Assembly (NCBI GenBank): GCA_021791015.1 | Contig: JAJYFH010000001.1 | Location: forward strand, 1 to 32,955 | DNA length: 32,955 nucleotides | Direction of reading: 5' to 3' | Source: a bacterium | GTDB taxonomy: Bacteria > Patescibacteriota > CPR2 > UBA1875 > JAJYID01 | Part shown: positions 1 through 7,635 of the stretch, in pieces | How the letters are laid out: the number at the start of each line of letters is the position of its first letter | How positions within the stretch are numbered: the stretch's first letter is position 1 | Program-made: the position numbers and the translations under genes | The notes under the pieces: model-generated | Database searches by the model: none | The model's input: only the letters and a program-made list of their open reading frames with translations | What the model was told of the DNA's origin: nothing

Positions 1-548
1 TTCACTTCATGCTTCCGCTCATCTTCGGTTTTTTCCTCTGGATTTACAAAAGGAAAGAATATTATAAATTTGCCGTCACTTTGCTGGTCTTGTCCTACCT
101 TGGCTTTCTGACTTACTTGTTTTTCCCGGCCATGCCGCCCTGGATGGCTTCTGACCAGGGAATTATCCCTCAAGTTTATAATGTTTTCGGCGCCACATTT
201 GCCACCTTTGTTCACAGTTCACATCTGCCGAGCGTTTATAATTTCTTTGACCCGGATCCTGTCGCCGCCATGCCATCACTGCATGCTGCTTACCCATTCC
301 TCGTCTACCTATTTATGGTGAAAATCTTCGGGAAGAAAGGACACTTATTCTTAATTTATGTGGCAATACTCACCTTTGCTATCATCTATACCGGGAACCA
401 TTATGTTATAGATGCGCTCTTTGGCTACTTATATGCCTATGTTAGCTTCGTAGGAGTCGAATACATCTGGAAAAAAGTTGCGGCAAAGCTGGCGGCCAGA
501 AAGCAAAAACCGGCAGAAGCGCCGGCCTTTGCAGAGTCTGAGATTTAA
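1..548 (+). CDS. PAP2-superfamily membrane phosphatase/phosphotransferase, N-terminus outside window
   Basis: The frame is open from the window edge to TAA 546-548. The product is a polytopic hydrophobic protein with PAP2-type motifs PSLHAAYP and GNHYVIDALFG (SxH ... HxxxD). Confidence 0.7.
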   Translation, partial: HFMLPLIFGFFLWIYKRKEYYKFAVTLLVLSYLGFLTYLFFPAMPPWMASDQGIIPQVYNVFGATFATFVHSSHLPSVYNFFDPDPVAAMPSLHAAYPFLVYLFMVKIFGKKGHLFLIYVAILTFAIIYTGNHYVIDALFGYLYAYVSFVGVEYIWKKVAAKLAARKQKPAEAPAFAESEI

Positions 549-553
549 TATTT

Positions 554-1738
554 TTATCTGGTAATCATTTTCCTGAAAAGAGGTACGGCGATTACCAAAG
601 TCACCGCGCCAAAAGCAACTAGCACTATGAGTTCATTTGTAACCTGCGAGATGCCCGCGCCTAGAATAATGACTTTTCGCAGCGCCTCAATGGCATATGT
701 CAGCGGCAGAAGGTGGGCTATGTCCTGCATCACTTGCGGCATTTGCTGGATCGGGAAAAATGCGCCAGAAAGGAAAAGCATCGGAAACTGGAACATGAAA
801 AGCAGCTGAGTTGCCGTCTCCTGTTCCGCCGTTGCAGATGAGACTAGGATGCCGAGGCCAACAAATGAGAATATGCCAAGCAAAAGCAAAAGTATTACAA
901 GCAGAATACTGCCGTTTATAGTGACTCCGAAGAGAAACATCGCAAGCAATAGGACAATGGCGCCTTGAGCCAAACCGCGGATTGACTGCGAAGCAGCTTT
1001 GCCTAAAATAATTGCCAAACGGCTGATGGGTGATATAAGGATGCCATCAAGCGTACCCTGCTCGCGTTCCCTGGATACAGATGCCGCAAGCCCGGTCAGA
1101 ACAGCCGTCATCACCACCATGGCCATTATTCCCGGAGCGACAAACTCAAAGTAGTTGGTATCACCCGGCAAGATGCCCTCGAGCCTTGACTGGATTGGCT
1201 GGATGATAGCCCCGGGATTTAACCCCTTAGCGCCGGTCTTAGCAACTAAAACACTTACCTTTTGTTTTCCGATTTGCTGGCCAAAACCCTGGATAATATT
1301 TGTGAGTGTTTGCGTAGTGATGCCGGAAATCTGCGGGTTCGACTGGTCCTCGACTATAGTGACATCTGCCTGTTGACCGGCTTGAAGCTTCCGGGAGAAA
1401 TCAGGAGGGACAACAATTCCGCCATTTATTTCCTGTTTCTTTATGCCGTCTTTTACCGCGTCCATACTGTTGTAATCTTTAGTTTGAAATGCCTTATTTC
1501 CGCTTGTTATTTCCAGATTTTTAATGACGCTAAGCAGCTGATCACCCGTTTTGCCATTCTCATTGACTACGCCAATAGGAACATTTTTGATAGAGGTCTG
1601 GGAAGGAAAAATAAATCCCGTCAGAACCATCATGAATATCGGCATGATAACGAAAGTTATAAGACGAATCCTGTCTCTTGCGAACTCAAGCAGATCCTTT
1701 TTTGTTATTTGCAATAAATCACCAAGTACATGTTTCAT
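554..1738 (-). CDS. ABC-2 type transporter permease
   Basis: ORF 554-1744. The track start at 1744 is TTG; the first ATG at 1738 is preceded by an AAGGAAA SD. Topology is one N-terminal TM, a ~150-aa external loop and a C-terminal bundle of TM helices. The gene lies 53 nt downstream of an ABC ATPase gene. Confidence 0.8.
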   Translation of the reverse strand: MKHVLGDLLQITKKDLLEFARDRIRLITFVIMPIFMMVLTGFIFPSQTSIKNVPIGVVNENGKTGDQLLSVIKNLEITSGNKAFQTKDYNSMDAVKDGIKKQEINGGIVVPPDFSRKLQAGQQADVTIVEDQSNPQISGITTQTLTNIIQGFGQQIGKQKVSVLVAKTGAKGLNPGAIIQPIQSRLEGILPGDTNYFEFVAPGIMAMVVMTAVLTGLAASVSREREQGTLDGILISPISRLAIILGKAASQSIRGLAQGAIVLLLAMFLFGVTINGSILLVILLLLLGIFSFVGLGILVSSATAEQETATQLLFMFQFPMLFLSGAFFPIQQMPQVMQDIAHLLPLTYAIEALRKVIILGAGISQVTNELIVLVAFGAVTLVIAVPLFRKMITR

Positions 1739-1797
1739 TTTCAATTTCCTTTTTTACCTAATTTCCTACTCCCTAATTACCTATTTACCCGACTCTC

Positions 1798-2637
1798 CTA
1801 CCTCACTCTCTTTCCGGCGTTTCCGCCCCAGTGTCCCGGACCGCCGCCATCTCTTTTCGGTTTTCCCTTTCTATCTCTTATCTCAAGTCCCGTTACTTGC
1901 AAAAATACATCTTCCAAAGTCGGGTTTTCCTTGCCTTTCACTTTCCTTTTCAAATTCGTGACTGTATCCATTGCCTGAATCTTGCCGTGGTCTATAATGG
2001 CGACTCTCTCGGACAAGGCTTCCGCTTCAATCATGTCGTGGGTGGTCAAAATGATAGTGATGCCTTTTTCGTTTAACTCCTGGATAAATGTGCGAATCAT
2101 GAATGTCGTCTGAGGGTCGAGGCCCAAAGTCGGCTCATCTAGAAATAAGATATCAGGCTCAGTGAGAAGGGCCCGTACGATATTGATCCTCTGCTTCATG
2201 CCGGTAGAGTAAGTGGCAGCTTGCGCATCTTTCCACTCTTCCATGCCGAGCCTTTTAATCCACTTCTCGGCCCGCTCATGGATGACTTCCTTAGACAAAT
2301 GGTTCAGCCTGCCGAAAAACTCCAGATTTTCCATGGCAGACAAGTGGTTGTAGAGAATAATTTTCTCAGCTACCAGGCCGATATGCTGGCGAACGTTGTC
2401 CTGATCTTTCTTTATGTCAAAACCTTCGATAGTCGCTGATCCCGATGTCGGGGTTAAGAGTGTTGTCAGCATGCGAATGGTGGTTGATTTTCCGGCGCCG
2501 TTCGGCCCCAAAAAACCGAAAATCTCTCCTCTTTTTACTTCAAGAGAAATAGAATCAACCGCCGTAAAGCTTTTGAATTTTTTGGTTAAACTTTTAACCT
2601 CAATGATGTTTTTTGATTTTTCTGCCATGTTTTTCAT
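1798..2637 (-). CDS. ABC transporter ATP-binding protein
   Basis: Walker A GPNGAGKST, signature YSTGMKQR, Walker B ILFLDEPTLGLD, H-loop TTHDM. It has a Gly/Lys/Arg-rich C-terminal tail of about 25 aa. Confidence 0.9.
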   Translation of the reverse strand: MKNMAEKSKNIIEVKSLTKKFKSFTAVDSISLEVKRGEIFGFLGPNGAGKSTTIRMLTTLLTPTSGSATIEGFDIKKDQDNVRQHIGLVAEKIILYNHLSAMENLEFFGRLNHLSKEVIHERAEKWIKRLGMEEWKDAQAATYSTGMKQRINIVRALLTEPDILFLDEPTLGLDPQTTFMIRTFIQELNEKGITIILTTHDMIEAEALSERVAIIDHGKIQAMDTVTNLKRKVKGKENPTLEDVFLQVTGLEIRDRKGKPKRDGGGPGHWGGNAGKRVR

Positions 2638-2716
2638 CTCTACCTTTCAACTTTAATGCGTTTTATACTAAATACAATATACTGAATACTATACACTGCA
2701 TACTGCAACTTGTTGC

Positions 2717-2947
2717 CTAGCTTTCTTCCAAAATTTCGTTTATTTCAGCATGCCTTTTCTCAAGCTCTTTAGAAAACTGCTTGAAGCTGGATAACTTTGT
2801 CAGGAAGATGCCTTTGTCTTTTACACCAAAAACAAGCATTTTTTCACCTTTTTCCAGGTTCAAGATTTCTCGCGCCTCAGCCGGTATCACAACCTGCCCG
2901 CGCTCACCCATGGTTGTCGAACCGTAAAATTTTCTCTTAAACATCAT
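2717..2947 (-). CDS. AbrB/MazE/SpoVT-family DNA-binding protein
   Basis: 76 aa with the swapped-hairpin type motif GERGQVVIPAEAREILNLEKGEKMLVF. An AAGGAGAG SD lies upstream. It is the first gene of a regulator-ATPase-permease operon. Confidence 0.7.
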   Translation of the reverse strand: MMFKRKFYGSTTMGERGQVVIPAEAREILNLEKGEKMLVFGVKDKGIFLTKLSSFKQFSKELEKRHAEINEILEES

Positions 2948-3015
2948 TCTCTCTCCTTTCTAAACCCTGTTGCCCGCAAATATCCTTTCGAATTAATGAC
3001 TCCGCCGTATTCCTA

Positions 3016-3029
3016 TCATACATGTATGA
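3016..3029. promoter_or_regulatory. perfect 14-bp palindrome TCATACATGTATGA, candidate operator
   Basis: Exactly self-complementary. It overlaps a tandem ATGTATGAA x2 (3022-3039) and lies between the predicted -10 box and the abrB-like start codon. Confidence 0.45.
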
Positions 3030-3043
3030 AATGTATGAAGTAT

Positions 3044-3072
3044 ATTTTAATCGACCTTGGCAATAGTGTCAA
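3044..3072 (-). promoter_or_regulatory. sigma70-type promoter of the abrB-like/ABC operon
   Basis: The minus strand reads TTGACA (3072-3067), 17 nt, then TAAAAT (3049-3044). Confidence 0.6.
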
Positions 3073-3142
3073 CAAATTTATAACATTTTATGGCTTGCCG
3101 TCACTTTGCAGGATATTGTGCATCTAAAAATCCTTGTTACTC

Positions 3143-3244
3143 GTCATTCTGGCTTGCCTGCCCGTTCCGAAGCTTTGAGCGAAGGAGGGTCCAGAATCTT
3201 TCACTTAAATGTTGACTCTTTGATTCTGGACAAGCCGGAATGAC
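3143..3244. repeat. GTCATTC-hairpin repeat element, MITE-like (~102 bp)
   Basis: It starts GTCATTCTGGCTTGCC and ends GGACAAGCCGGAATGAC, forming imperfect terminal inverted repeats. An internal stem pairs ATTCTGG with CCAGAAT. The left unit closely matches 10404-10445. Confidence 0.7.
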
Positions 3245-4034
3245 AAACATTTTAGGTAAAATAAAAAGGAAATTTATTTTGCAACCATTTAAAATAAGAT
3301 ATAATCTCCTTATGGCAATCATTTTTACTATTATCACCTTCTTCTCAACGTTAGCCGGCGGCTTGGCCAGCATTAAATACAAGCACAAAATGCACTTGAT
3401 TTTAGGATTTACAGCCGGTGTAGTACTCGGACTCGTAGCCTTTGATCTCTTGCCGGAAATATTTGGGTTAATAGAAAAAACAGGCATGCCTGCCCGCCTC
3501 CCGATGATCGCTTTGGTGGTCGGCTTCCTTATCTTCCACATTCTGGAAAAAACCTTGCTGATCCACCACGGGCAAGAGGAAAATTACCCGACTCATCATC
3601 ACCCGTCCGTGGGGAAATTATCTTCGCTTGCCCTAATCGGCCATTCGTTTTTTGACGGCATCGGCATAGGCCTTGGCTTCCAGGTATCTCCCGCTATCGG
3701 CTTCTTGATAGCAGTCGCTGTCATCGGCCATGATTTTTGCGATGGCCTAAATACCGGCTCGCTCATGATAATTAATAAAAATAATTTAAAAGACACCCTT
3801 GGATATATCCTGGGCGACGCGATCGCCCCTATACTCGGAGCGATCTCAACGCTTTTTTTCAGGCTGCCGGAAAACTATCTCGTGCTTTATCTGGGGTTTT
3901 TTGCCGGATTTTTACTCTACATCGGGCTCGAGGACATCCTGCCTGAGGCTCACAGCAAGAAATTTTCTTTCAATACCGTCCTTATGACCATTCTTGGCAC
4001 AATTTTTATCTTTCTAATTGCCCAAGTGGCCTAG
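3240..4034 (+). CDS. ZIP-family divalent metal transporter
   Basis: Polytopic protein with ZIP motifs GHSFFDGIGIGLGF and GHDFCDGL and a His-rich loop HHGQEENYPTHHH. The longest ORF starts at an ATG inside the repeat (3240). ATG 3312 is the more likely start, since TATAAT 3300-3305 sits 6 nt upstream of it with no SD. Confidence 0.85.
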   Translation: MTNILGKIKRKFILQPFKIRYNLLMAIIFTIITFFSTLAGGLASIKYKHKMHLILGFTAGVVLGLVAFDLLPEIFGLIEKTGMPARLPMIALVVGFLIFHILEKTLLIHHGQEENYPTHHHPSVGKLSSLALIGHSFFDGIGIGLGFQVSPAIGFLIAVAVIGHDFCDGLNTGSLMIINKNNLKDTLGYILGDAIAPILGAISTLFFRLPENYLVLYLGFFAGFLLYIGLEDILPEAHSKKFSFNTVLMTILGTIFIFLIAQVA

Positions 4035-4649
4035 CTAAACGACCCCACTGTTCCGTCTCAGCTCCCAAACACTTATACCCATCTCTTTAAGTGTATCAGT
4101 CAAATCACCGAGGGGTAGTCCCATAATATTTAAAAAATCTCCTTCTATCTTTTCTATAAGAATCGCTCCCAAGGTTTGAATAGCAAACGAGCCTGCCTTG
4201 TCAAGCGGGTCACCGCTTGCAACATACTCATTAATATCCTCATCTGTTAAATCTTTCAGTGTAACGCTTGCTTCGGACACCTTAGATTTAACCTCATCTG
4301 TCATGGTATTGATTATTGTAAAACCTGTTATGATTGAAACTTTTTGACCGCTAAGCTTCTTAAGGGTTTGTTTCGCTTCTTCCGGCGACCTCGGTTTGCC
4401 CAAAAGATTGCCCTGAAAAACTATAAATGTATCTGCGCCTATAACAAGAGCATTGGTGTGTTTGGATGCCACTGTTTCTGCCTTACCCCTAGAGAGGTGA
4501 ATTGCTAAATCTGCTGGTGGTAGATCCAAAGACATATTTTCTTCATAGGAATTCCCCTCAATCTTGAAGGGAATTCCTAATTTTTGAAGAATCTCTTTTC
4601 TTCTAGGAGAGGCGGAAGCCAAAATAATCTGATTTACCATCTTTTCCAT
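4035..4649 (-). CDS. maf: Maf-like nucleoside triphosphate pyrophosphatase
   Basis: N-terminal ILASASPRRKEIL and a ~200-aa length are typical of Maf/YhdE. Its stop codon directly abuts the convergent ZIP stop. Confidence 0.85.
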   Translation of the reverse strand: MEKMVNQIILASASPRRKEILQKLGIPFKIEGNSYEENMSLDLPPADLAIHLSRGKAETVASKHTNALVIGADTFIVFQGNLLGKPRSPEEAKQTLKKLSGQKVSIITGFTIINTMTDEVKSKVSEASVTLKDLTDEDINEYVASGDPLDKAGSFAIQTLGAILIEKIEGDFLNIMGLPLGDLTDTLKEMGISVWELRRNSGVV

Positions 4650-4682
4650 GTGATTCAGTTTACCACACAGAAAAGAACTTTC

Positions 4683-5192
4683 CTAAATATCGAGGTATTC
4701 GATTTTTTTTTCCTCTTTTTTGAGCGCATCTTCGGCCTTTTTCAAGAGATCGTCTGAAATCTTGTCTTTCAGGTCCTTGGGCTTTTTGGCAACGAGCAGT
4801 TCGGCAGAACTGACATCTTGCAGGTATTCGCCCTTTTTCTTCCAATCTTTCGGGTTGGTGATGAGATTTGCCTTGCAAACCGTGGTCAGATGGATGGCCA
4901 CGCTTCCTTTTTGCGTCTCGTAAATCTTGGCCTGCTGCCAATATTCTTTGTCGCGCGAAAAACCTCTCCATTTACCAACTTGATTGCCGATAAATCTCTG
5001 TTCGCGTATGGCGTCCTTTAACCCCACGCCCACACTGATCTCACGCATCTCCCCCTTCAGTGCCTTAGATCTGTCGACGAATTCCCTGAGAGCTCTGGAA
5101 ATGACGCTAGATAGCGCTTCTCCGGCGATTTCTTTTGCCTCTTTGTAGACGTTTTCGTCCTTGCTTGATACGTAAATGGTTTTGTTTGCCAT
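4683..5192 (-). CDS. EXLDI-family protein, function unknown
   Basis: 169-aa charged soluble protein ending in KIEYLDI, which matches the C-terminal E-x-L-D-I signature that names the family. An AGAGGAAAAA SD lies upstream. Confidence 0.55.
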   Translation of the reverse strand: MANKTIYVSSKDENVYKEAKEIAGEALSSVISRALREFVDRSKALKGEMREISVGVGLKDAIREQRFIGNQVGKWRGFSRDKEYWQQAKIYETQKGSVAIHLTTVCKANLITNPKDWKKKGEYLQDVSSAELLVAKKPKDLKDKISDDLLKKAEDALKKEEKKIEYLDI

Positions 5193-5244
5193 TTTTTCCT
5201 CTCTTTCTTGCTGAATTTACAGCAAATTTAATAGTATTAATATA

Positions 5245-5273
5245 AGTATATTTATACACATACCCTTTGTCAA
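5245..5273 (-). promoter_or_regulatory. sigma70-type promoter of the EXLDI gene
   Basis: The minus strand reads TTGACA (5273-5268), 17 nt, then TATACT (5250-5245). Confidence 0.55.
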
Positions 5274-5316
5274 GTACTTTTTTATAAAAGTTTAAATGTG
5301 TATATATCCCTCCTTT

Positions 5317-5407
5317 GTCATTCTGAACTTGACTGAAGAATCTATATCAATAAAATACTGGATTCCGGATCAACTGATTATATTTTAAATGTTTAGTCCG
5401 GAATGAC
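5317..5407. repeat. composite GTCATTC-hairpin element (~91 bp)
   Basis: The left unit is GTCATTCTGAACTTGACTGAAGAATC. The right unit is GGATTCCGGATCAACTGATTATATTTTAAATGTTTAGTCCGGAATGAC. The ends form inverted repeats (GTCATTC... / ...GAATGAC). The same composite occurs in inverted orientation at 19711-19796. Confidence 0.75.
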
Positions 5408-5432
5408 ATCGTAAATGTAAGCAAATTCTTTA

Positions 5433-5461
5433 TTGAAGGATGAGCTTCCAAAATCTATAAT
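5433..5461 (+). promoter_or_regulatory. sigma70-type promoter in leaderless configuration
   Basis: TTGAAG, 17 nt, TATAAT, then only 6 nt (TACCTT, no SD) to ATG 5468. Confidence 0.55.
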
Positions 5462-5467
5462 TACCTT

Positions 5468-6040
5468 ATGGAAAAGATTGTTCCCATCTTCTGGCTTATC
5501 TTCCTGGCTTTTTGGGCCGTGACCGCATTCTTGGCCAAACCCAAGGAAGAAATGGTATCAACCGACAGTGTCGGCGGGGTTCGCGGTATCCTGATCGGCA
5601 TCATCATCTTCATAATCCTGCTCAGACATTTTGCCGGCGCACATCTCGGCTTTCTCTTTCAAAATATCATCACATTTCCTTTGTCTATCGAGAAAATCGG
5701 CATCGGCATCCTGGCTGTCGGCTTGGCCGTAGCCCTCTATGCCAGATATTTCCTGGGGCGAAACTGGAGCGGGCGGGTATCATTTCAGAAAAATCAGGAG
5801 CTTGTCACCTCCGGCCTCTACCGGTACATCCGCCACCCGATCTATCTCGGCATAATGCTCATGGGCGTCGGCACTTTGGCAGTTGTAAACTTTAGCTTTG
5901 TAGTAATTGGAGCCATTTTGGTTGCAATATCTTTTTTCCAAAGAATTAAAAAAGAAGAAGAGCTCATGACGAAGCATTTCCCGAAGGAATACGCCAAGTA
6001 CCAACGCCGCACCAAAAAACTCATCCCGTTTGTTTGGTAG
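5468..6040 (+). CDS. ICMT/PEMT-family membrane methyltransferase (isoprenylcysteine carboxyl methyltransferase-like)
   Basis: Multi-TM protein with the family motif LVTSGLYRYIRHPIYLG followed by a C-terminal EEELM..FPKEYAKY segment. Confidence 0.8.
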   Translation: MEKIVPIFWLIFLAFWAVTAFLAKPKEEMVSTDSVGGVRGILIGIIIFIILLRHFAGAHLGFLFQNIITFPLSIEKIGIGILAVGLAVALYARYFLGRNWSGRVSFQKNQELVTSGLYRYIRHPIYLGIMLMGVGTLAVVNFSFVVIGAILVAISFFQRIKKEEELMTKHFPKEYAKYQRRTKKLIPFVW

Positions 6041-6043
6041 AAC

Positions 6044-6664
6044 CTAATTTAGCTTTTTGATAATCGTCTGATCTTTGGTATTTATCAGCTCAAAGTCATA
6101 ACTGCTTTCCCCGCTGAAAAATTTCTGGATGTGCCTTTCATAAAAATCAGTATTATCAATAACCATATAGCCTCCCTTAATGAGACGTGGAAACAGATTT
6201 TTATACTCAAAAGTCACGGTCTCCGGCAGATGGCTTCCATCCAGAAAAATAAAGCTAAATTTAGAAAAACTGTGTTCTTTGCCTTGAGACCAATAGTGAA
6301 CAGTGTCCATAATCTTAATGAAATCTTCTGAGGTCATGTGGTAATGGACGTGATTTTCATAGCCGGACAAAAGGTCCTTCATCTTTGTATAGAAATCACC
6401 GCCATATTTCCAGGGTTTACCGTCGTATGGCTTGTTGCCGCAAGGATCCACCGTTACCAACACTGTACCCGGATACATTTTTTCAATGATTTTTAAGAGT
6501 GCCAGAGCCGATCCGCCTCTGCGTGTGCCTATTTCTAAAAAAGGCGGCTGACCTTTTACTTTCGGTGTCTTGGCGGCATACTCAACAAGATTGTAAAAAT
6601 CCCGTTGATCGCCCTTGCTATCACTGTATGCAACAGATTCCTTAATGATTTTCGCTAACTCCAT
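6044..6664 (-). CDS. class I SAM-dependent methyltransferase
   Basis: SAM-binding motif I LEIGTRRGGSALAL, then VTVDP and FIFLDGSH. 206 aa. An extended -10 (TGGTATAAT) lies 6 nt upstream of the ATG. Confidence 0.65.
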   Translation of the reverse strand: MELAKIIKESVAYSDSKGDQRDFYNLVEYAAKTPKVKGQPPFLEIGTRRGGSALALLKIIEKMYPGTVLVTVDPCGNKPYDGKPWKYGGDFYTKMKDLLSGYENHVHYHMTSEDFIKIMDTVHYWSQGKEHSFSKFSFIFLDGSHLPETVTFEYKNLFPRLIKGGYMVIDNTDFYERHIQKFFSGESSYDFELINTKDQTIIKKLN

Positions 6665-6705
6665 AAGAGCATTATACCAAAAAACTCATACCTATACCTT
6701 CAATT

Positions 6706-6730
6706 GTCATTCCCGTGCAGACGGGAATCC
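6706..6730. repeat. solo GTCATTC hairpin unit
   Basis: GTCATTCCCGTGCAGACGGGAATCC has an 8-bp stem ATTCCCGT/ACGGGAAT. It is the same unit type as 21598-21624. Confidence 0.7.
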
Positions 6731-6776
6731 AGAGAAAATAAGTCTGCACCAAAACGCTTTTTATAATATGGGAAAA

Positions 6777-7298
6777 TTAATCGTTAAGGTGTGTAATGGC
6801 ATAATCTGCTTCTGCTGGTGTAAACCTTTCACCACTGTCAGATGTTAGCTGATCATGAATAGCGGCTGGTGACATGTGCATGCTATCTTGGTAATCCTTC
6901 GCTTTGGCCAGGGCATTTGCGTTCCAATCGGCTTTTACATTATCTGCCGCATACTGTGCGGCAGCTGCCGAAAATTGCTCGCCATACTCTGAAACCAACT
7001 GATCATAGACACCTTTCTTAGACATATGCATTACATTTGCATACGAATCAGCCTTATCAAGGGCGGATTTATACTCGGCTGGCACCTCGGGTTGCTTTGG
7101 AGCAGGAGCTGGTTGAGATTTTGCTGTTGTGCTTGTGTTTGTTTTACTTGGTGCCGTAGGTGTTGAGGTTTTGTTTGTTGTGTTGCCTCCGCTTTGGGCG
7201 ACAGTAATTACGATAATTAATATTACGAATGCCAGCACTCCCGTCAGAACCTTGTGCCTGACAAACCAATTCTTTTTCTTTGTTGTTTCTTCTGCCAT
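6777..7298 (-). CDS. Ltp-like protein (host cell surface-exposed lipoprotein family), two tandem Ltp domains, TM-anchored
   Basis: Internal duplication: KSALDKADSYANVMHMSKKGVYDQLVSEYGEQFSAAAAQYA versus NALAKAKDYQDSMHMSPAAIHDQLTSDSGERFTPAEADYA. N-terminal TM helix LTGVLAFVILIIVITV without a lipobox Cys, followed by a Thr/Pro-rich linker. AAGGAGA SD upstream. Confidence 0.7.
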   Translation of the reverse strand: MAEETTKKKNWFVRHKVLTGVLAFVILIIVITVAQSGGNTTNKTSTPTAPSKTNTSTTAKSQPAPAPKQPEVPAEYKSALDKADSYANVMHMSKKGVYDQLVSEYGEQFSAAAAQYAADNVKADWNANALAKAKDYQDSMHMSPAAIHDQLTSDSGERFTPAEADYAITHLND

Positions 7299-7410
7299 TT
7301 CATCTCCTTTATGCTAATGCTACTTATTGGCTTCAATATAACATAAAAGTAAACAGAATGCTAGTTTTTAGCTGTAGAGTTATTGGCTTCATTTCCATAG
7401 CCTTGATTGT

Positions 7411-7627
7411 ATGGCTAAGAAAACCCAAGCTAAAATTAAATTTGGCAGAAAGTTAAGAGAAATAAGAAAAGCAACCGGCTTATCTCAGGAAGAGCTCGGC
7501 TTCAAGTCCGGCTTGCATAGAACTTATAGGATCAATCGAACGAGGAGAGCAAAATGTCTCCGTCGATAATATTTTCAAGCTGGCAAAAGCGCTCAAGAAA
7601 AAACCCAGAGACTTTTTTGATTTCTAA
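7411..7627 (+). pseudogene. XRE/Cro-CI family HTH regulator, frameshifted
   Basis: Frame 1 gives MAKKTQAKIKFGRKLREIRKATGLSQEELGFKSGLHRTY and stops at 7567-7569. The +1 frame from 7529 continues GSIERGEQNVSVDNIFKLAKALKKKPRDFFDF to a stop at 7625-7627. The conserved Y-I-G-x-I-E-R-G motif is broken at 7528, where the Ile codon is reduced to a single A. Confidence 0.6.
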
Positions 7628-7635
7628 GAAAAAAC

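Noticed and set aside
1798-1880. Gly/Lys/Arg-rich C-terminal tail (RDRKGKPKRDGGGPGHWGGNAGKRVR) of the first ABC ATPase, as a possible functional extension or frameshift artefact
   Set aside because: I found no alternative frame giving a better C-terminus, and a 53-nt gap to the permease remains. It is likely a low-complexity extension and cannot be evaluated further from sequence alone.
627-2656. Numerous plus-strand ORFs (627-809, 1155-1376, 1262-1717, 1551-1961, 1730-1978, 1831-2076, 2221-2439, 2414-2656) overlapping the ABC permease and ATPase genes
   Set aside because: They are antisense shadows of well-supported minus-strand genes. Their products are low-complexity or Cys/Phe/Leu-rich with no motifs or ribosome-binding sites.
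3240-3311. N-terminal 24-aa extension of the ZIP ORF starting at ATG 3240
   Set aside because: The ATG is part of the repeat terminus (CCGGAATGAC), and the extension covers promoter-like sequence (TTGCAA...TATAAT). It is probably not translated. I kept it only as the maximal ORF boundary.
3137-3541. 134-aa minus-strand ORF across the ZIP gene start and the repeat element
   Set aside because: It overlaps the motif-supported ZIP CDS and runs through the GTCATTC repeat. It shows no coding features.
4660-4971. 103-aa Arg-rich ORF on the same strand as, and overlapping, the EXLDI gene
   Set aside because: It is an alternative frame of a better-supported CDS. It has extreme Arg/Gln bias and no SD.
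5512-6024. Alternative-frame and antisense ORFs within the ICMT gene (5512-5895, 5780-6004, 5842-6024)
   Set aside because: They are shadow ORFs. The 5468-6040 frame carries the family motif and TM pattern.
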